Shown here in pieces: positions 41,285 through 55,554 of a DNA stretch of 64,000 nucleotides (position 1 is the stretch's first letter; every line of letters begins with the position of its first letter). Made by a program: the position numbers and the translations under genes. This DNA is from Octopus vulgaris (taxonomy: Eukaryota): NCBI GenBank assembly GCA_951406725.2, contig OX597820.1, forward strand, positions 6,076,001 through 6,140,000. The letters run 5' to 3'. Below the pieces are notes generated by a model, which was given only the letters and a program-made list of their open reading frames with translations, was not told where the DNA came from and did not search any database.

Positions 41285-42330
41285 CCTATATATATATATA
41301 TACACGATATGATATGATATGTTATTCCTTAAGAATGGTGCCGGGCTATAAGGAAAGCCGTTTCCAGTAACCTTATTTCAACCAAACATTTTACGAACGA
41401 CACAAAATGGAAACCAATAGTGAAAATCAAAAACGGTGAGAACACAGGTGATGGAAACCGAATCTCTTGGCATTTAGTTTGGCGTTCTTGCTTTCTTTCT
41501 GTCTCTCTGTCTGTCGGTCTCCTTCTCACTCTCATTCTCTCCCTCTCCCCCCTCTCTCTCTCTCTCTCTCTGGTACGTCTCACAGAATGTTGCCTGGAAT
41601 GATATTCATCGGCAAAGTGTGAAACTGATAGCCAAACATTAGCGTACTGCCAATATGATTGAATTATGGCAAGTCTGATAAAGCCGGGAAGATATTTTAA
41701 TAACAAGGTGAATGTTACACAAAAAAATGTTCTGATATAATGCGGTTGTAGTTAATGCTGTATTCTGATCTGAATTTAATTAGTAAGATGTTTTATGATG
41801 TAAACCACGACTTTACAGATCCTTTCAGATCTCGACTTCCTTTTCGTAGCTGAGATATTTTGATTTTATTTTGTGAAGTGGGCCAAGTATTTTTACCAAC
41901 ATGAAGTAATATAATACTAGCTTCGTACTTATTCTTTTATGGAAATGCAGTTAGGTTTAATAAATAATCTTAAAGTTTGAATTTACATTTGAAATGAAAA
42001 TAAATTGCGTTTCTAAAACTATCTCACAATTCTTTTCTGTGGTTTTTCAGGAAGAAATAATGTCCATTTTGTTTGTGGCATTATTTCCAGGATTTAATAT
42101 GATTTGAAAAGTAACCTCAGAATATTTCAAGAATATAGTTTTTAAAAGTTTGACATTAAAATAAAATGTCTGTAAAAACCAGAATCAAATTAAAAGTCAA
42201 CCCTGATATACTTGGGATCATAGTTTTGTCTCATTTATAGGAATTCTATAAAATACACTAATCTAAGAAGCCAAATATGTTGTCACTTAATATCAGCAAT
42301 GGAAGTAATATTAATTCAGGATTAACGATC

Positions 42331-42505
42331 TGTATATATACTTAAAGTGTGTATATGTTGAAAGCCTTCTAAACTGCAGTACTTGTCTTGAGAAAGTATC
42401 TGTTATAGACATATAGTTAAAAATATCCTATCAGAGATAGTTTCTCAAGAGAAATTCCGCTGTTTAGAAGGCTTTCAAAATATTCAGCCTGTAAGTATGT
42501 ATACA
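42331..42505. repeat. Imperfect hairpin of about 175 bp (MITE-like)
   Basis: ttgaaagccttctaaac...tcttgagaaa / tttctcaaga...gtttagaaggctttcaa. Confidence 0.85.
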
Positions 42506-43322
42506 AATTATTAAATACGCTATATTTCTAATCCAAATATTAACTACACTTAAAACCAGATTAGCAATCAAATTCCAATGAAGATCAATCTGTAAATACT
42601 TTTCTTTTATTGGAAAGACACACCTACATGTTAGGAAAGATGATTATTGTGTGGGTCCCTCGAGTAACAGGCTACCAAAAGGGTAATACTAGGGACTCAC
42701 AGTCACAAGTCGGTGAACATCTTGTTACTAAAAAGGTAACTCTTTATGTGGAATAGCCGCCATTTCTCTACTCAAGTAAACAGTTACGTCCCAAAACGTT
42801 AATTTGTTCTCATACATTGGAGTTATGAAACGGCACCAGTATGCAGCCGATCGACTTGCTAGAAAATCAGTAAAATCTCAAAAACGAAGTAGGATTCTAA
42901 TGACTAATGTAGCCTTAGAATTGATACACGTTGGAAAAATACTAAATACAATGATAACGAATTGTTGTTAACAAAATGAATGAAACCTGACCGAAGGCAA
43001 ACATCTTTGATAATGTAAGCTATTTCCGGACATCTTTGATAATGACAAAAAACCTCTTTCCGGGCATCTTTGATAATATTTCTGATAGATTAGACCTGAC
43101 ACAGGTCTAACATCCTTAATGTTATTTCCGTTTGACATGGCCTGACGTAGGGCTAACATTTTGGATCTACTTTCGTATTGGGTTAACATCATTGCTCAAA
43201 CATCTGCTCAATCAAACTTGATAAGGAGTTAAAGACCAACAATTCAGACCACGAAATGAATGCTAAGATTTCAAATAAACATAAAGTAAACAGCAGCGAC
43301 TTGAAAGGTGAGAATTACTTAC

Positions 43323-43430
43323 GGATGAGATTTTTCATATGGTAACTCCACCCACTTTCCATCCAAGGGTATGTATCGTCGTTAAATACACACAGCTGAT
43401 CCAGTGGTAAGTTCATTCGTCTAAATTTAC
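43323..43430 (-). CDS. Exon C (G-KFRRMNLPLDQLCVFNDDTYPWMESGWSYHMKNLI-Q)
   Basis: Acceptor tttctcgtcgttgcag, donor c|gtaagt; 108 nt, phase 1-1, open frame. Confidence 0.8.
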
Positions 43431-43545
43431 CTGCAACGACGAGAAATAATAAATTGTTAATATCTCTTGCATGTTATTTATAGGGGACTGTTAAAATATC
43501 AGCGGACAATAAATAAAGACACACAAACATATATATTGTATATGC

Positions 43546-43576
<31 letters not shown>

Positions 43577-43629
43577 TTATACTTATATATACGTATACAC
43601 ATATATATGGCGTGTAAATATGTGTATGT

Positions 43630-43911
43630 AAATATATATACGTATATAATAAGATGAGAAAATAGAGAGGTAATTAATTAATTAATTATTATTTATTAAT
43701 TTAAAAAATTTACAAACATCCCTTACAGCCGTTTCAATTCCAGACCTTCAGAAAATTAATTTATTAAATTAAAATTTATTTGGAAGTCGAATCTCTTCAG
43801 AGGTACTTAAAGATGTACAAAATAGGTGTTTATTTCCTGCATGTTGATGTTTGTCAATCTTTTTAATTAATAAATAACAATTTATTAATTATCTCTCTAT
43901 TTTCTCATCTT
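43630..43911 (-). mobile_element. Hammerhead cassette with about 75-bp inverted termini in (TA)n
   Basis: aagatgagaaaatagagag...acaaacatc versus gatgtttgt...ctctctattttctcatctt. Confidence 0.85.
43718..43806 (-). ncRNA. Type I hammerhead ribozyme with long AT-rich stem II
   Basis: TACCT-CTGAAGA-GATTCGACTTC...GAAGGTCTGGAATT-GAAAC-GGCT-GTA-AGGGA. Confidence 0.8.
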
Positions 43912-44077
43912 ATTATTATAATAAATGAATATATATAAATCACGGTTTATACAGTTACCTTGCAGTTGACTATTAAATATTATGTTCAATATTCTTTTTA
44001 TAGGTAACAAACCAGTACTTTCATACAATTTTGTAATTCTCGAATGAGGTTTGTAACCTTTAATTGAGCTTATGTAT

Positions 44078-44120
<43 letters not shown>

Positions 44121-45686
44121 ATAAATTTTAAATGAGGGTGAGAAATTAGATATTAATTTAATTAACATCTATTTCACACCAGTGGTCTAGCATATAAAAA
44201 AATCTGAAGGTTCAGTAAAATTGTATTATATACATATCAGAGGAAAACCACTATGTGGACACCCTTATGCTAGAAATAGATCCGCTATGGTCTTACCACT
44301 AAGAAATGTTCTCAAGAAAAATTTAGCAAAACCAAATATATACATAGATATATATAATATTTATATATATGTATATATTTATTTACATATATATACACAA
44401 CACACACACACACACACATATATGATATGTAAATACATACACACACACATACACGTATATTTATATATATGTATAAGTTGTAATAATGAAGTCAAACCAA
44501 ATAATGATATTTTGAAATCATTTAACACAGACATTTTAGGGTCGCGTAATATATAATGGGAAATGCGTCCATTACGTAAACCTTCCTCAAAAACAGAAAG
44601 AGATTGTTGGAAAAGTTTCAATATATATATGTGGTTAGAGCTGTAATTCGGCTGTGAACTTAGTAGCGGACTGAAATCTTCCCATCGATCCTTTTCGTAT
44701 ATTAAGGAGTTTTGCTCTCTCTTTGAGATGAAGGAGTCACTGACCTTATTTTCGTATGTGTTGTTTATGAAATCACGTGCATTTTATCAAGAATACGAGT
44801 AGATTTTTAACTGCTTTCTGTATGTCATCCATGCCACGGGTTTGTATTATAAACAAAATAATATTATTGATCTCGGTGAAGATCTTTGTCCTTCACTTTA
44901 GAGCGACACATGTTAATCCATAGTCACTCTTTTAACCTTTCCCATCCTAAACTAGTCGGGTGGTGTCTGTGTGAAACATGCAAACCGATTTGCTTCTACC
45001 ATATCCTGGTCTTTAACCAGGATGGACTCGGATTGGGCCACATAACTTCATTCAGAACTTGGCTGATAACAAACTTTTGGTTGTTAATTTTCGAGGCAGT
45101 GGGTGTTGCTGCACCGTCAAAACCATCCACCAAGTTCTAAATCTCTGCACCAAGGAGGACAAAGGTACATTCAATATTAAACAACGCTTTCTATTTCTCT
45201 AATGAATAAAAATATAGTCTTGGTCTTAATTTTGAGGAGTTACCTCTTAAATAGATTGGAATCAGGCCTTGTCAAATTTGGATACGACTTTGAGTCATAT
45301 GAGAGTTCCTTAAACTAACAAACTGAAAATATGGCTGGTGCTTTTCCTCGTCTCACTTTGACTCAGCCTGCAACACAAAACAGTGCAAGGCTTAGGGCTT
45401 ATTTACAAGCCCTAAGCTTTGATGTCACATATATAAATCTTGAAGAATTTCGCTTCCTGAAGACATCTCTTATTCCCCATTTATTCCTATTCCGTCTGAT
45501 TCTTTCGTTGATTCTTTCATCTTTGATGACAAGGCATCATGTTACAGATGGTGACGTCAGAGCACAATGACCAAAGTCAGTTACTACAGGTCAATTTGTT
45601 TGACGCGCTAACTATCACGTCGTTTAAACCGATACTTTTTTTACCGAATTCGGACGGAAATGAAAATTATATGTAACTGGATTTGA

Positions 45687-45753
<67 letters not shown>

Positions 45754-45795
45754 CATATATACATACGTATATGTACATACTTACATCTATACGTG

Positions 45796-45882
45796 ATAAT
45801 TATTCGGTAGCCATGATAAAACTCAGAGTTTCCGCCCCGACATCCGAAACTCGGAGTTTTATCATGGCTATCGAATGATTGT
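45796..45882. repeat. Palindrome made of the 3' half of a hammerhead cassette
   Basis: 37-bp arms; the right arm starts GAAACTCGGAGTT, which resembles stem III. Confidence 0.8.
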
Positions 45883-46174
45883 GACATATATTTGCAGATA
45901 AATCCCTCTATTTACATAATATCGAGGTCTCTTTCATTCTTTTGTTGTCTTACAATTTCTATCAATATATAAATCTATATCTATCTATCTATCTTTAAAC
46001 AGCCGAAATTGCTAAGATGATCCGGTTCCGACTGAAGATTTGAGGCTTCGAGTGACCCGTCTGTTTTTTTTGTGTCGTCTCTTTGTGTGTTTTTGCGTTC
46101 TTGTCCCACTTTGTAATTGTGTGTTTTTGCGTTCTTGTCCCACTTTGTAATTTATATTTTATATTTAATTTCTA

Positions 46175-46230
<56 letters not shown>

Positions 46231-46706
46231 TATATATATACATATGGATACGTGCGTATGTATGTATATCACATTTCTCAAATATAAATATATAATGTAC
46301 ACACAAACGCACACACACACACACACACATACATACACGCACAAACAATATGCATATAGAGACAAAGAGACAGACAGATAAATAGAGAGGAGGATAGTGC
46401 GTGTATATATGTACAAATATACGTGTCTGTGTGTGTTTATATGTTCATGTTGTGTCTCGTAATTGTAGTTGTTGTTGTTGTTGGTATAGTTGTGTTTCAA
46501 AGTTGGAATGTACGTTATAAAGGCAAGTTCGCCTTTCATAGTCGGGGGTCCATAGTCAGGGGTTCATAAAAGAAAATTAAGGAGTTATTGGGACAAATCA
46601 ATAAACGGTTTCTCTATATTTCGCTAAATTGGCGCCACATCTCGTAAACATCTCAACATTTACTCTTTCAAATATATATATATATATATATATATATAAT
46701 CAGACG

Positions 46707-46758
<52 letters not shown>

Positions 46759-46851
46759 CTTTCTTCTTCTCTTGTACTCATCGTCGCAAACACACACACA
46801 CACAGAACATTCAAATACACACATACGTATGTATATATGTAAGTATGTGTG

Positions 46852-46928
<77 letters not shown>

Positions 46929-47035
46929 TTATACACACATTTTGAATTATTACATTTTGATGTATGCATGAATGTATGTATATATAAACATATATTCATT
47001 ATATCTACCCACTTACCTAAGTCTCTAACTATCCA

Positions 47036-47072
<37 letters not shown>

Positions 47073-47559
47073 TTTCTATATACACACGCACACACAAATA
47101 TACATATATATGTACAAAGACACATATACATGTTTATACACATATATGTATCCATATATACTCACAAACATATACCCATGAACACACACAGACACACACA
47201 CATTCCAAGTCACTTAGTGGCCTTTTAGTTTTTGTTCTCTCTCGTATTTAATGTGTTATATACGAGCAAAACATGGTTTTGTACTTGTAAAACACAAGCT
47301 ACAATAAATCAGCGTGTACAACAGCATATTTATTATGTGTGTGTATATATATATACATATATGCATATATGACAGTATATAAATAGATATTTGTATATGA
47401 GTGTTGTTTGTTGAATGTGAGGAGAACGAGGCAACACACTTGGGTACTTGTGTTTGGAATAATAAATTATTATATATCCATGCAATCCCAAACATATGTT
47501 CGGCTTGTGTTTATATACATCTCATAAATATTTCAGGCTCTTGCGGTTTACATACATAC

Positions 47560-47604
<45 letters not shown>

Positions 47605-47670
47605 AATATATCTATATATCTATATGCATACATATGTAAATATATCTATATATCTATATGCATACAAATG

Positions 47671-47736
<66 letters not shown>

Positions 47737-47934
47737 TGTATGTATGTATGTATGTATATATTCAACCTATTCACATCTCACTGTAGAGTCATCAAATATA
47801 TAAACACCAACAGTAATTGTGTCTCTCTACGCAGAAATATACAGATATACATAAATGCATATTTGCATTCATACGGGAGCATATGTGCATACATACATAT
47901 ATAATTACATGCATACATGTATGTGTATGTATAT

Positions 47935-47965
<31 letters not shown>

Positions 47966-48112
47966 AGTATGTAGATGGAGACATATATGCACATCGATAG
48001 AGAAGCATAACTGTAAAGATTTACGTCTGTACCCATATACACTTAAACTCATTTATATTTTATACATATAGTATATATAAAAAAATATATATGTATATAT
48101 ATATATATATAT

Positions 48113-48143
<31 letters not shown>

Positions 48144-48271
48144 CATACACATACATATATATATACATACATATATCTATTTATATATATAAATATATAT
48201 ATATATGCATACATATATCTATATATACATATACCTATTTATACGTATATACATACATATATCTATATATG

Positions 48272-48318
<47 letters not shown>

Positions 48319-49666
48319 GTATTCACACATCCACTCATATACACACCATATTTGTGGTAAACCAGTTGACCTTATTCTACACCCATTCTGAATACACTCC
48401 ATTATAAAAGTCTATCAGCTCCTGTAAACATGGCGGCTGGTTTTTATTATGTATATTGTGATGTAAATATTTAACGAAAATAACGTATTTCTAAAAGGTG
48501 TATATGTATATATATTCCTATATGTATGAACACGTGAGCGTATATATGTATATATTTATTTATACGAACCTGCATGAACGCCTGCATGTATGCGCTCATT
48601 TGTATCTATATATGTGTGCGTATGTCTGTGTGTGTATATTTTGTATTGTGAATGCTTATATAACTATGTGTCTGTGTGTGTCTTTGTATATGTTTATATG
48701 TTAGTAAATGCACCTGTGTGGTCTAATTAATTGTGTAATTATGGTTTAATTATATAAGGTGTGTGTTGGGTAGGGTTTGACCGTCGTTAATATTCTCAAT
48801 GTATCATTCAATCAAGGATTGCCTCCCCTCCTCTCCACGTGACCCGTATAATAGTCCTGTTGTGTTGGCATACCCGGTATATCACATAACTATACGTTAC
48901 CAAGGGGCGCTGCAAAGTTGAAACAGCAAAATATCACGTTAAATAACTTTATGTTCTGCGTTCGATACCAAGCTATGTAGATGTTATCCTCTATTCCTCC
49001 AGGGATGATAAGCAAATATTGCTAAAAATGTATCAATATTCAATCGATTACATTGTCACTATTGTTTTATATCCTGTTCAAGTCAGAGCTAAAGACAAGC
49101 CGTGGTCATCATACCTGTTTCGTGGTATTTGCGGCAACTCAGTTCGAAATATACCTGCTTGCTAAAATGGTATGGTGTGACCCGAGGAAGTCTCACAGGA
49201 CATTCAACCATTTAGAATTCCCTTCGTTGAACCGAAATAATCTTTTCTACTTTAGGCACACGGCCCGAAATTTTGGGGGCGGGGGTGGGGCAGTTGATTA
49301 GATCGATCTCCAGTATGCAACAGGTACTTACTTTAATCGACCCTGAAAGGATGAAAGGCAAAGTCGACCTCGGCGGAATTTGAACTTAGGACGTAAAGAC
49401 AGACGAAAAACCGTTAAGCATTTCGCCTGGCTTTCTAACGTTTCTGCCAGCTCAGAGTTAGAAAAATAATGTTGCAGGATTAGATATCCGTATGGAACAT
49501 GGAGGTGCGTGGTTAGGGGCGATGAAAACTCTCGTGATACCGTAATTGCAGATGTGAAAGAGGTCGAGGCGATCGATTGGTGGGGACAATTGTGGCCTTT
49601 TCCTTTATTAGGGCTTCCAAAGTAGGGATGAAGAATTTAGTACGGAAGCTAAGAAGAGAATATACA

Positions 49667-50056
49667 GGCGGAGCTGCGTAGTAAGAAGCTTGCTTGCCAA
49701 TCATATGGTTCCGGGTTCAGTCCCGCTGCGTGGCGACTTGGACAACTGTCTTCTACTATAGCCTCACACCGAGCAAAGGCCTTGTGAATAGGTTTGGCCG
49801 ATGGAAACTGAAAGAAGCCCATGGTATACATACATAATACATACATACATATATATGCAATATCCCTGCATATCTCACGTCTATTTTCGTTCCTCCACTT
49901 CACTCTCTATTTCATATCTAGAATAACCATTTCTTAACCATCTTCTCACACCGTCTCCGATAAAGGGATATATAAAATATCCCGGAAACAGCTGTATGAC
50001 CTTCAATTTATAAATGTTCTGAAATCTTTCACAGCCTTGGATTTTTATCTCATTCT

Positions 50057-50128
<72 letters not shown>

Positions 50129-50512
50129 TGTACATTAGGACACATTAAATGACTTCCAAATAGGAAAGCCTTGTGCTAGAAAGAGCAGTAGAAACCACAA
50201 ACCACTAATTATATATATAGTCTATTGAAATTTTTTGGTGCTAGACCACTGGTGATAATAATTTCTACAATTCTTATTACCCTAATATTATTTATAAATA
50301 TATATATATCTATGTGTGTGTGTGTGTGTGTGTTTTGGGACCTGTGTTTGTCCTGCACCACCGCCTGACAGCCGGTGTTGGTGTGTTTACATCTTCCTAA
50401 CTTAGCAGTTCGATATAACAGGGCAATAGACTAAGTATGAAACTTTAAAAACATAAATTCACGATGGTGCCCCAAAATGGCCGCAGTCTAATGCCTGAAA
50501 CAAGTAAAAGAT
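49667..50512 (+). mobile_element. SINE family B split by two nested cassettes
   Basis: 5' half at 49667-49825, 3' half at 50330-50512. Confidence 0.8.
49952..50000 (+). ncRNA. Degenerate type I hammerhead
   Basis: GTCT-CCGATAA-aGGGATA tataaaa TATCCCg-GAAAC-AGCT-GTA-TGAC. Confidence 0.65.
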
Positions 50513-51157
50513 CCATTAGAACGACCTCTACGTTTTTCCTTATTTTAATTATTTTCAAAGCTCTTCTCTGGATTAACTTATCTTTGTACCACCCTTTACA
50601 AGACTGTCGGTTGGGGATTATAGTACTAAAGTCCAACATCTTGGCAATTCTTCTTCCAAAAGCTTCCTTTTCTTCGATTCAAACATACAATAAAATTTGG
50701 TCACTTCTTGACCTGCGACAGCGGCGGTTTATATGAAATCAAAAGAGGTTATCTAACGTGGCAGTCATCTATAATGTCCATCAACTAAATTGTGTCAGAT
50801 AGGGAAACATTTAATGCTTATTGCTCTGATATTCTGCAACCAGAAACCCATCACAGAATATGTTTGTTGGAAATTCTCAAAAGCTACCATAATAACTTCA
50901 AGTTCTGATCAGAATAGCAGAAGGCATATATTTCATTAATTTGTAAGTTAATGAATTAGTTATTGCGTGGACTGACAACATCTCTATTTCTGCAGACCGA
51001 TGTCTAGACTGACGAAATAATTCCTCCAGCTATTCAAAACGAGCGAATCCTATAATAAAGTTATGTAACAATATCGTCTGCATTATTTTGTCTGATTGCT
51101 AAATGTGCGGTGCGCCCCCCACCACGCCTACATGCACCTCTACATACACGCATAATA

Positions 51158-51238
<81 letters not shown>

Positions 51239-51257
51239 GTCTGTCTATCTATGTACA

Positions 51258-51295
<38 letters not shown>

Positions 51296-51324
51296 CCTAC
51301 CTACCTACCTACCTACCTATCTAC

Positions 51325-51392
<68 letters not shown>

Positions 51393-51429
51393 GTACCTGT
51401 CTGTCTGTGTCTATCTATGTACCTGTCTG

Positions 51430-51515
<86 letters not shown>
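51158..51515. repeat. (TCTA)n compound microsatellite
   Basis: Direct reading. Confidence 0.95.
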
Positions 51516-51519
<4 letters not shown>

Positions 51520-52052
51520 CCTCTCTCTACTTATATACAGTATCAAATAAAAGATATTGTTCAGATAATATCAGATAAATTTTGATAGTTTACCGAATGA
51601 TTCTTCTACGCAATTTCCAGAATTGTTTTTACTAAATGGTTTTATTGGAAACAGATTTGAAAACTAATCCAGAACTATTTATTCCTATTTATTCCTACAA
51701 CTTTTGCTAAATCATCTGCTTTCTTACTTTCCATTTTCTCCGTATGACCTGATATACAAAACGCTCGAATTGTTTATTTTCAAATAGATAATTATCCGTT
51801 TTTTAATATTATCTTTTCACTTGTTTTGAAACCAGATCTCTTTTTGCTGATTGAAATAATTCTAAATGACATAAACTATCTGTAAATGAAAAAAAAAAAA
51901 AAAAAAAAAAACAAGATAAAAAAACCCATTTTCCATGGTATTTCTTGAGCAGAATCTAAAGATGCTAATATTCCTTTCATATTGTACAAGTCTGATGTAA
52001 TTTTAAACAGAGAGATACGCTGCATTGCATTTTCTCTAACACATAGAGATAA

Positions 52053-52777
52053 GAGCGGCGAGATGGCAGAATCGTTAGCACGCCGGGTGAAATGCTTAGA
52101 GCTATTTCGTCTGCCGTTACATTCTGAGTTCGAATTCCGCCGAGGTCGACTTTACCTTTCATCCTTTCGGGGTCGATAAATTAGGTACCAGTTACGCACT
52201 GGGGTCGATGTAATCGACTTAATACCTATGTCTGTCCTTGTTTGTCCCCTCTGTGTTTAGCCTCTTGTGGGCAGTAAAGAAAGAGCTATTTCGTCTGCCG
52301 TTACGTTCTGAGTTCGAATTCCGCCGAGGTCGACTTTACCTTTCATCCTTTCGGGGTCGATAAATTAAGTACCAGTTACGCACTGGGGTCGATGTAATCG
52401 ACTTAATACCTATGTCTGTCCTTGTTTGTCCCCTCTGTGTTTAGCCCCTTGTGGGTAGTAAAGAAATAGGTATTTCATCTGTCTTTACGTTGAGTTCAAA
52501 TTCCGCCGAGGTCGACTTTGCTTTTCCTCCTTTCGGGGTCGAAAAATTAAGTACCAGTTACACACTGGGGTCGATGTAATCGACTTAATTCGTTTGCCTG
52601 TCCTTGTTTGTCCCCTCAGTGTTTAGCCCCTTGTGGGCAATAAAGAAATAAGAAACGTTAGCACGTCAGGCGAAATGCTTAGCGCTATTTCGTCTGACTT
52701 TATGATCTGAGTTCAAATTCGGGCTAGGTCGACTTTACCTTTCATCTATTCGGGGTCGATAAATTAAGTACCAGTTG
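52053..52777 (+). mobile_element. SINE family A tandem tetramer
   Basis: Units restart at tatttc 52103, 52287 and 52471; fourth unit restarts in the head at 52651. Confidence 0.92.
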
Positions 52778-52803
52778 CCATTGCAGCTTTCCGATGCAGC
52801 GGG

Positions 52804-53105
52804 TATATAATTGTTAAAGAAGACAACAAACATTATGGCAAACATCTCAAGTCGTATACATTATTATTATTATTCAAAATCTTACAGCTGTTTCTGGGCT
52901 GTCCCAGAATATGGGATATTCAGTCATCAGAGACAAATAAGGAAAAATGGGGAGAATGAGAAGGGTATATATTAATGAAATGACAAAACAGAGGAAGGAA
53001 GTAATGAAATAAGGAGATGAAGAGAGAAGAAAAAGAAGCATAAAGTTCATAGTTCAACTTTCATCCTGCGCAGAACGTTTGTTGTCCTCTTTAACAATTA
53101 TATAT
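52804..53105 (-). mobile_element. Hammerhead cassette with 28-bp inverted termini
   Basis: tatataattgttaaagaagacaacaaac / gtttgttgtcctctttaacaattatata. Confidence 0.85.
52879..52934 (-). ncRNA. Type I hammerhead ribozyme
   Basis: GTCT-CTGATGA-ctgaataTCCCA tattc TGGGAcagccca-GAAAC-AGCT-GTA-AGAT. Confidence 0.8.
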
Positions 53106-53157
53106 ATATGTGTATATATGTCGTCACTCCTGTTCTCCTTAAAACACATATTTACCT

Positions 53158-53383
53158 ATTTCTTTATTACCCACAAGGGGCCAAATACAGAGGGGACAAA
53201 CAAGGACAGACATAGGTATTAAGTCGATTACATCGACCCCAGTGCGTAACTGGTACTTAATTTATCGACCCCGAAAGGATGAAAGGCAAAGTCGACCTCG
53301 GCGGAATTTGAACTCACAACGTAGCGACAGACGAAATAGCTCTAAGCATTTCGCCCGGCGCGCTAACGATTCTGCCAGCTCGC
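53158..53383 (-). mobile_element. SINE family A, full length (other copies: 34915-35060 -, 35280-35490 +, 49243-49453 -, 54191-54400 +, 60845-61080 +)
   Basis: Head, B box, core and tail all present. Confidence 0.9.
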
Positions 53384-54460
53384 CATTGGGTCGACAGACT
53401 TCATCATTTCTTCTTATTTTTCACCTTTCTTGTCCTTATTCGTCTGTCATGTCCACAAGTTTGCACCCCACCAGCTTATGCTGCTTAGACCGTTCAACTG
53501 GACACAATTGTCCGAAGTTGTCGAGACCGTGATGATATTTGGTCAATAAATGACGAGGGATATAACTTGTCTGTGTCCGATATTTTTTCTCATTTTTCTT
53601 TGTAAATTCTTATCGTCTCTTGTGCCACATCTTCATTTCACACACACGCATGCACACACATGCGCGCGCGCGCACATACACACACATCATTTGATAAACA
53701 CAGGATCTGTCCAATTACAGTACTGCCTGCTTATAATGTTTATATAAACTCGCATATAAATTCTGTATTTATTAAAGAACTCTTTGGTAGAACCTCAAAG
53801 CACAAATATAAAAATAATAGAATGTAAATATTTGGATGGGAAAAAGTGAAGGCTACCCGTGGGAATCGAACTCACATCTTCTGTAGGTACAACAGGCGTT
53901 TGCGAGTAAGAATAAAGTTTCTAAATTAGAGAAATTGGAAGGATTGCTTTGATCCAATGGTTGAGTGTCTGCCATGTCAATAGGCGATGTGGGTTCGTTT
54001 TCTCTTGGAGTTTTTCTATCCAAAACTGATTTTCAAACCAATTATCACTGGCATTTATTTATAGATTACATGTGCTTCGAGATTCATTCCCAACCCATAC
54101 CTTCAAAAATTATTTCTCGATCTCTCGAAAGTTTATAAATTGTTATGGTGGCAACAAAGTTATTAACTGAAAACATTTATCTCCAGTTTAAGGCGGCGCG
54201 CTGGCAGAACGGTCAACACACCGACCAAACTGCTTAGTGGCATTGTGGGACTAATTCCAAGTTCAAATTCTGCCGAGGCCGAACTTGCTTTTCATTCTTT
54301 CGAGGTCGAGAAAATAAGAACGAGTTGAGAACTGGAGGTCGATGTAACAATCGAACTTACCCTTCCTACCGTAATTACTGGCCTTGTACCAGAATTTGAA
54401 ATCAACATTCATCTCTCGCTTAATGAGGCACATTTTTGTGGATCCTACAAATCATGAAAG

Positions 54461-54513
<53 letters not shown>

Positions 54514-54681
54514 ACACACATGTATATATGGAAATATTTCATGCAATGAAACTCAGTAAGTGTTTTACTAGAAAAAGAACATTTTAGCAGATTTTTCAAG
54601 GAAAGTGAGGAAGTATTATACTTTTTAACAAGCAAAGATACTCGGAGTAACGACAGTGATATACAGTTTAACCATACTCAC

Positions 54682-54746
54682 CTATTCTATACTGCAGTAG
54701 GTTATTGTTTCTGCGATTGAATTCTATGCAAGTATAGCGTTGAGAA
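54682..54746 (-). CDS. Exon B (C-SQRYTCIEFNRRNNNLLQYRI-G)
   Basis: Acceptor tcttttatcatttcag, donor ag|gtgagt; 65 nt, phase 2 to 1, exactly matching exons A and C. Confidence 0.85.
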
Positions 54747-54807
54747 CTGAAATGATAAAAGAGAAACGATGGATTAAATTAATAGCAGATATTCCATCCA
54801 TCCATCC

Positions 54808-54884
<77 letters not shown>

Positions 54885-54979
54885 CCTGTCTGTCTGTCTG
54901 TCTATCTATCTGAATATATATATATATACATATATATTCATGAATACACACACACACAGATATTTATATATGTATATAT

Positions 54980-55023
<44 letters not shown>

Positions 55024-55029
55024 CCTGAT

Positions 55030-55061
<32 letters not shown>

Positions 55062-55254
55062 AACATGTTATACATGTATACATATTATATATATATATAT
55101 ATATATATAGTGAACCGAGTGAGTAGATGCTTATTCCATTCGTTTACAGCTGTTTCTTTAACTTGTTAGTTAAATAATAGATATAGCATCAACAATAACA
55201 TGCATATAAAATACACATATATACACACACGCACACATATATGTATGTACATGT

Positions 55255-55305
<51 letters not shown>

Positions 55306-55554
55306 TATATACATATGCATGAGTACAACTATATACATGGTGTTAAGGGAGTAAAGTACGTTATATCATGTCCAACAGCTGTTTCTGGGAGTTCGGAATT
55401 ACGTTATAATGTTGGCAGATATAGTTTTCAAAACGTATTTTGTACCCTGTATATAGACATCCGTTATTGTACAGATATCTATATATTCATCCGTGAATGT
55501 CTCATCATTATTAATACCTGCAGTTTTTTGGTTTCTTTTCATTTACATGTATAT

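Noticed and set aside
46083-46152. Direct repeat of about 33 bp, and SINE multimers, as CRISPR-like arrays
   Set aside because: No unique spacers, eukaryotic context; simple tandem duplication
53850-54012. Two divergent tRNA-like segments
   Set aside because: B-box-like only, no full cloverleaf; probably decayed SINE heads, so no tRNA gene is called
44009-55390. Further hammerhead-like remnants (44009-44052, 44530-44592, 55140-55195, 55370-55430)
   Set aside because: They show a GAAAC-palindrome or a stem II, but the core or stem I is too degraded to count
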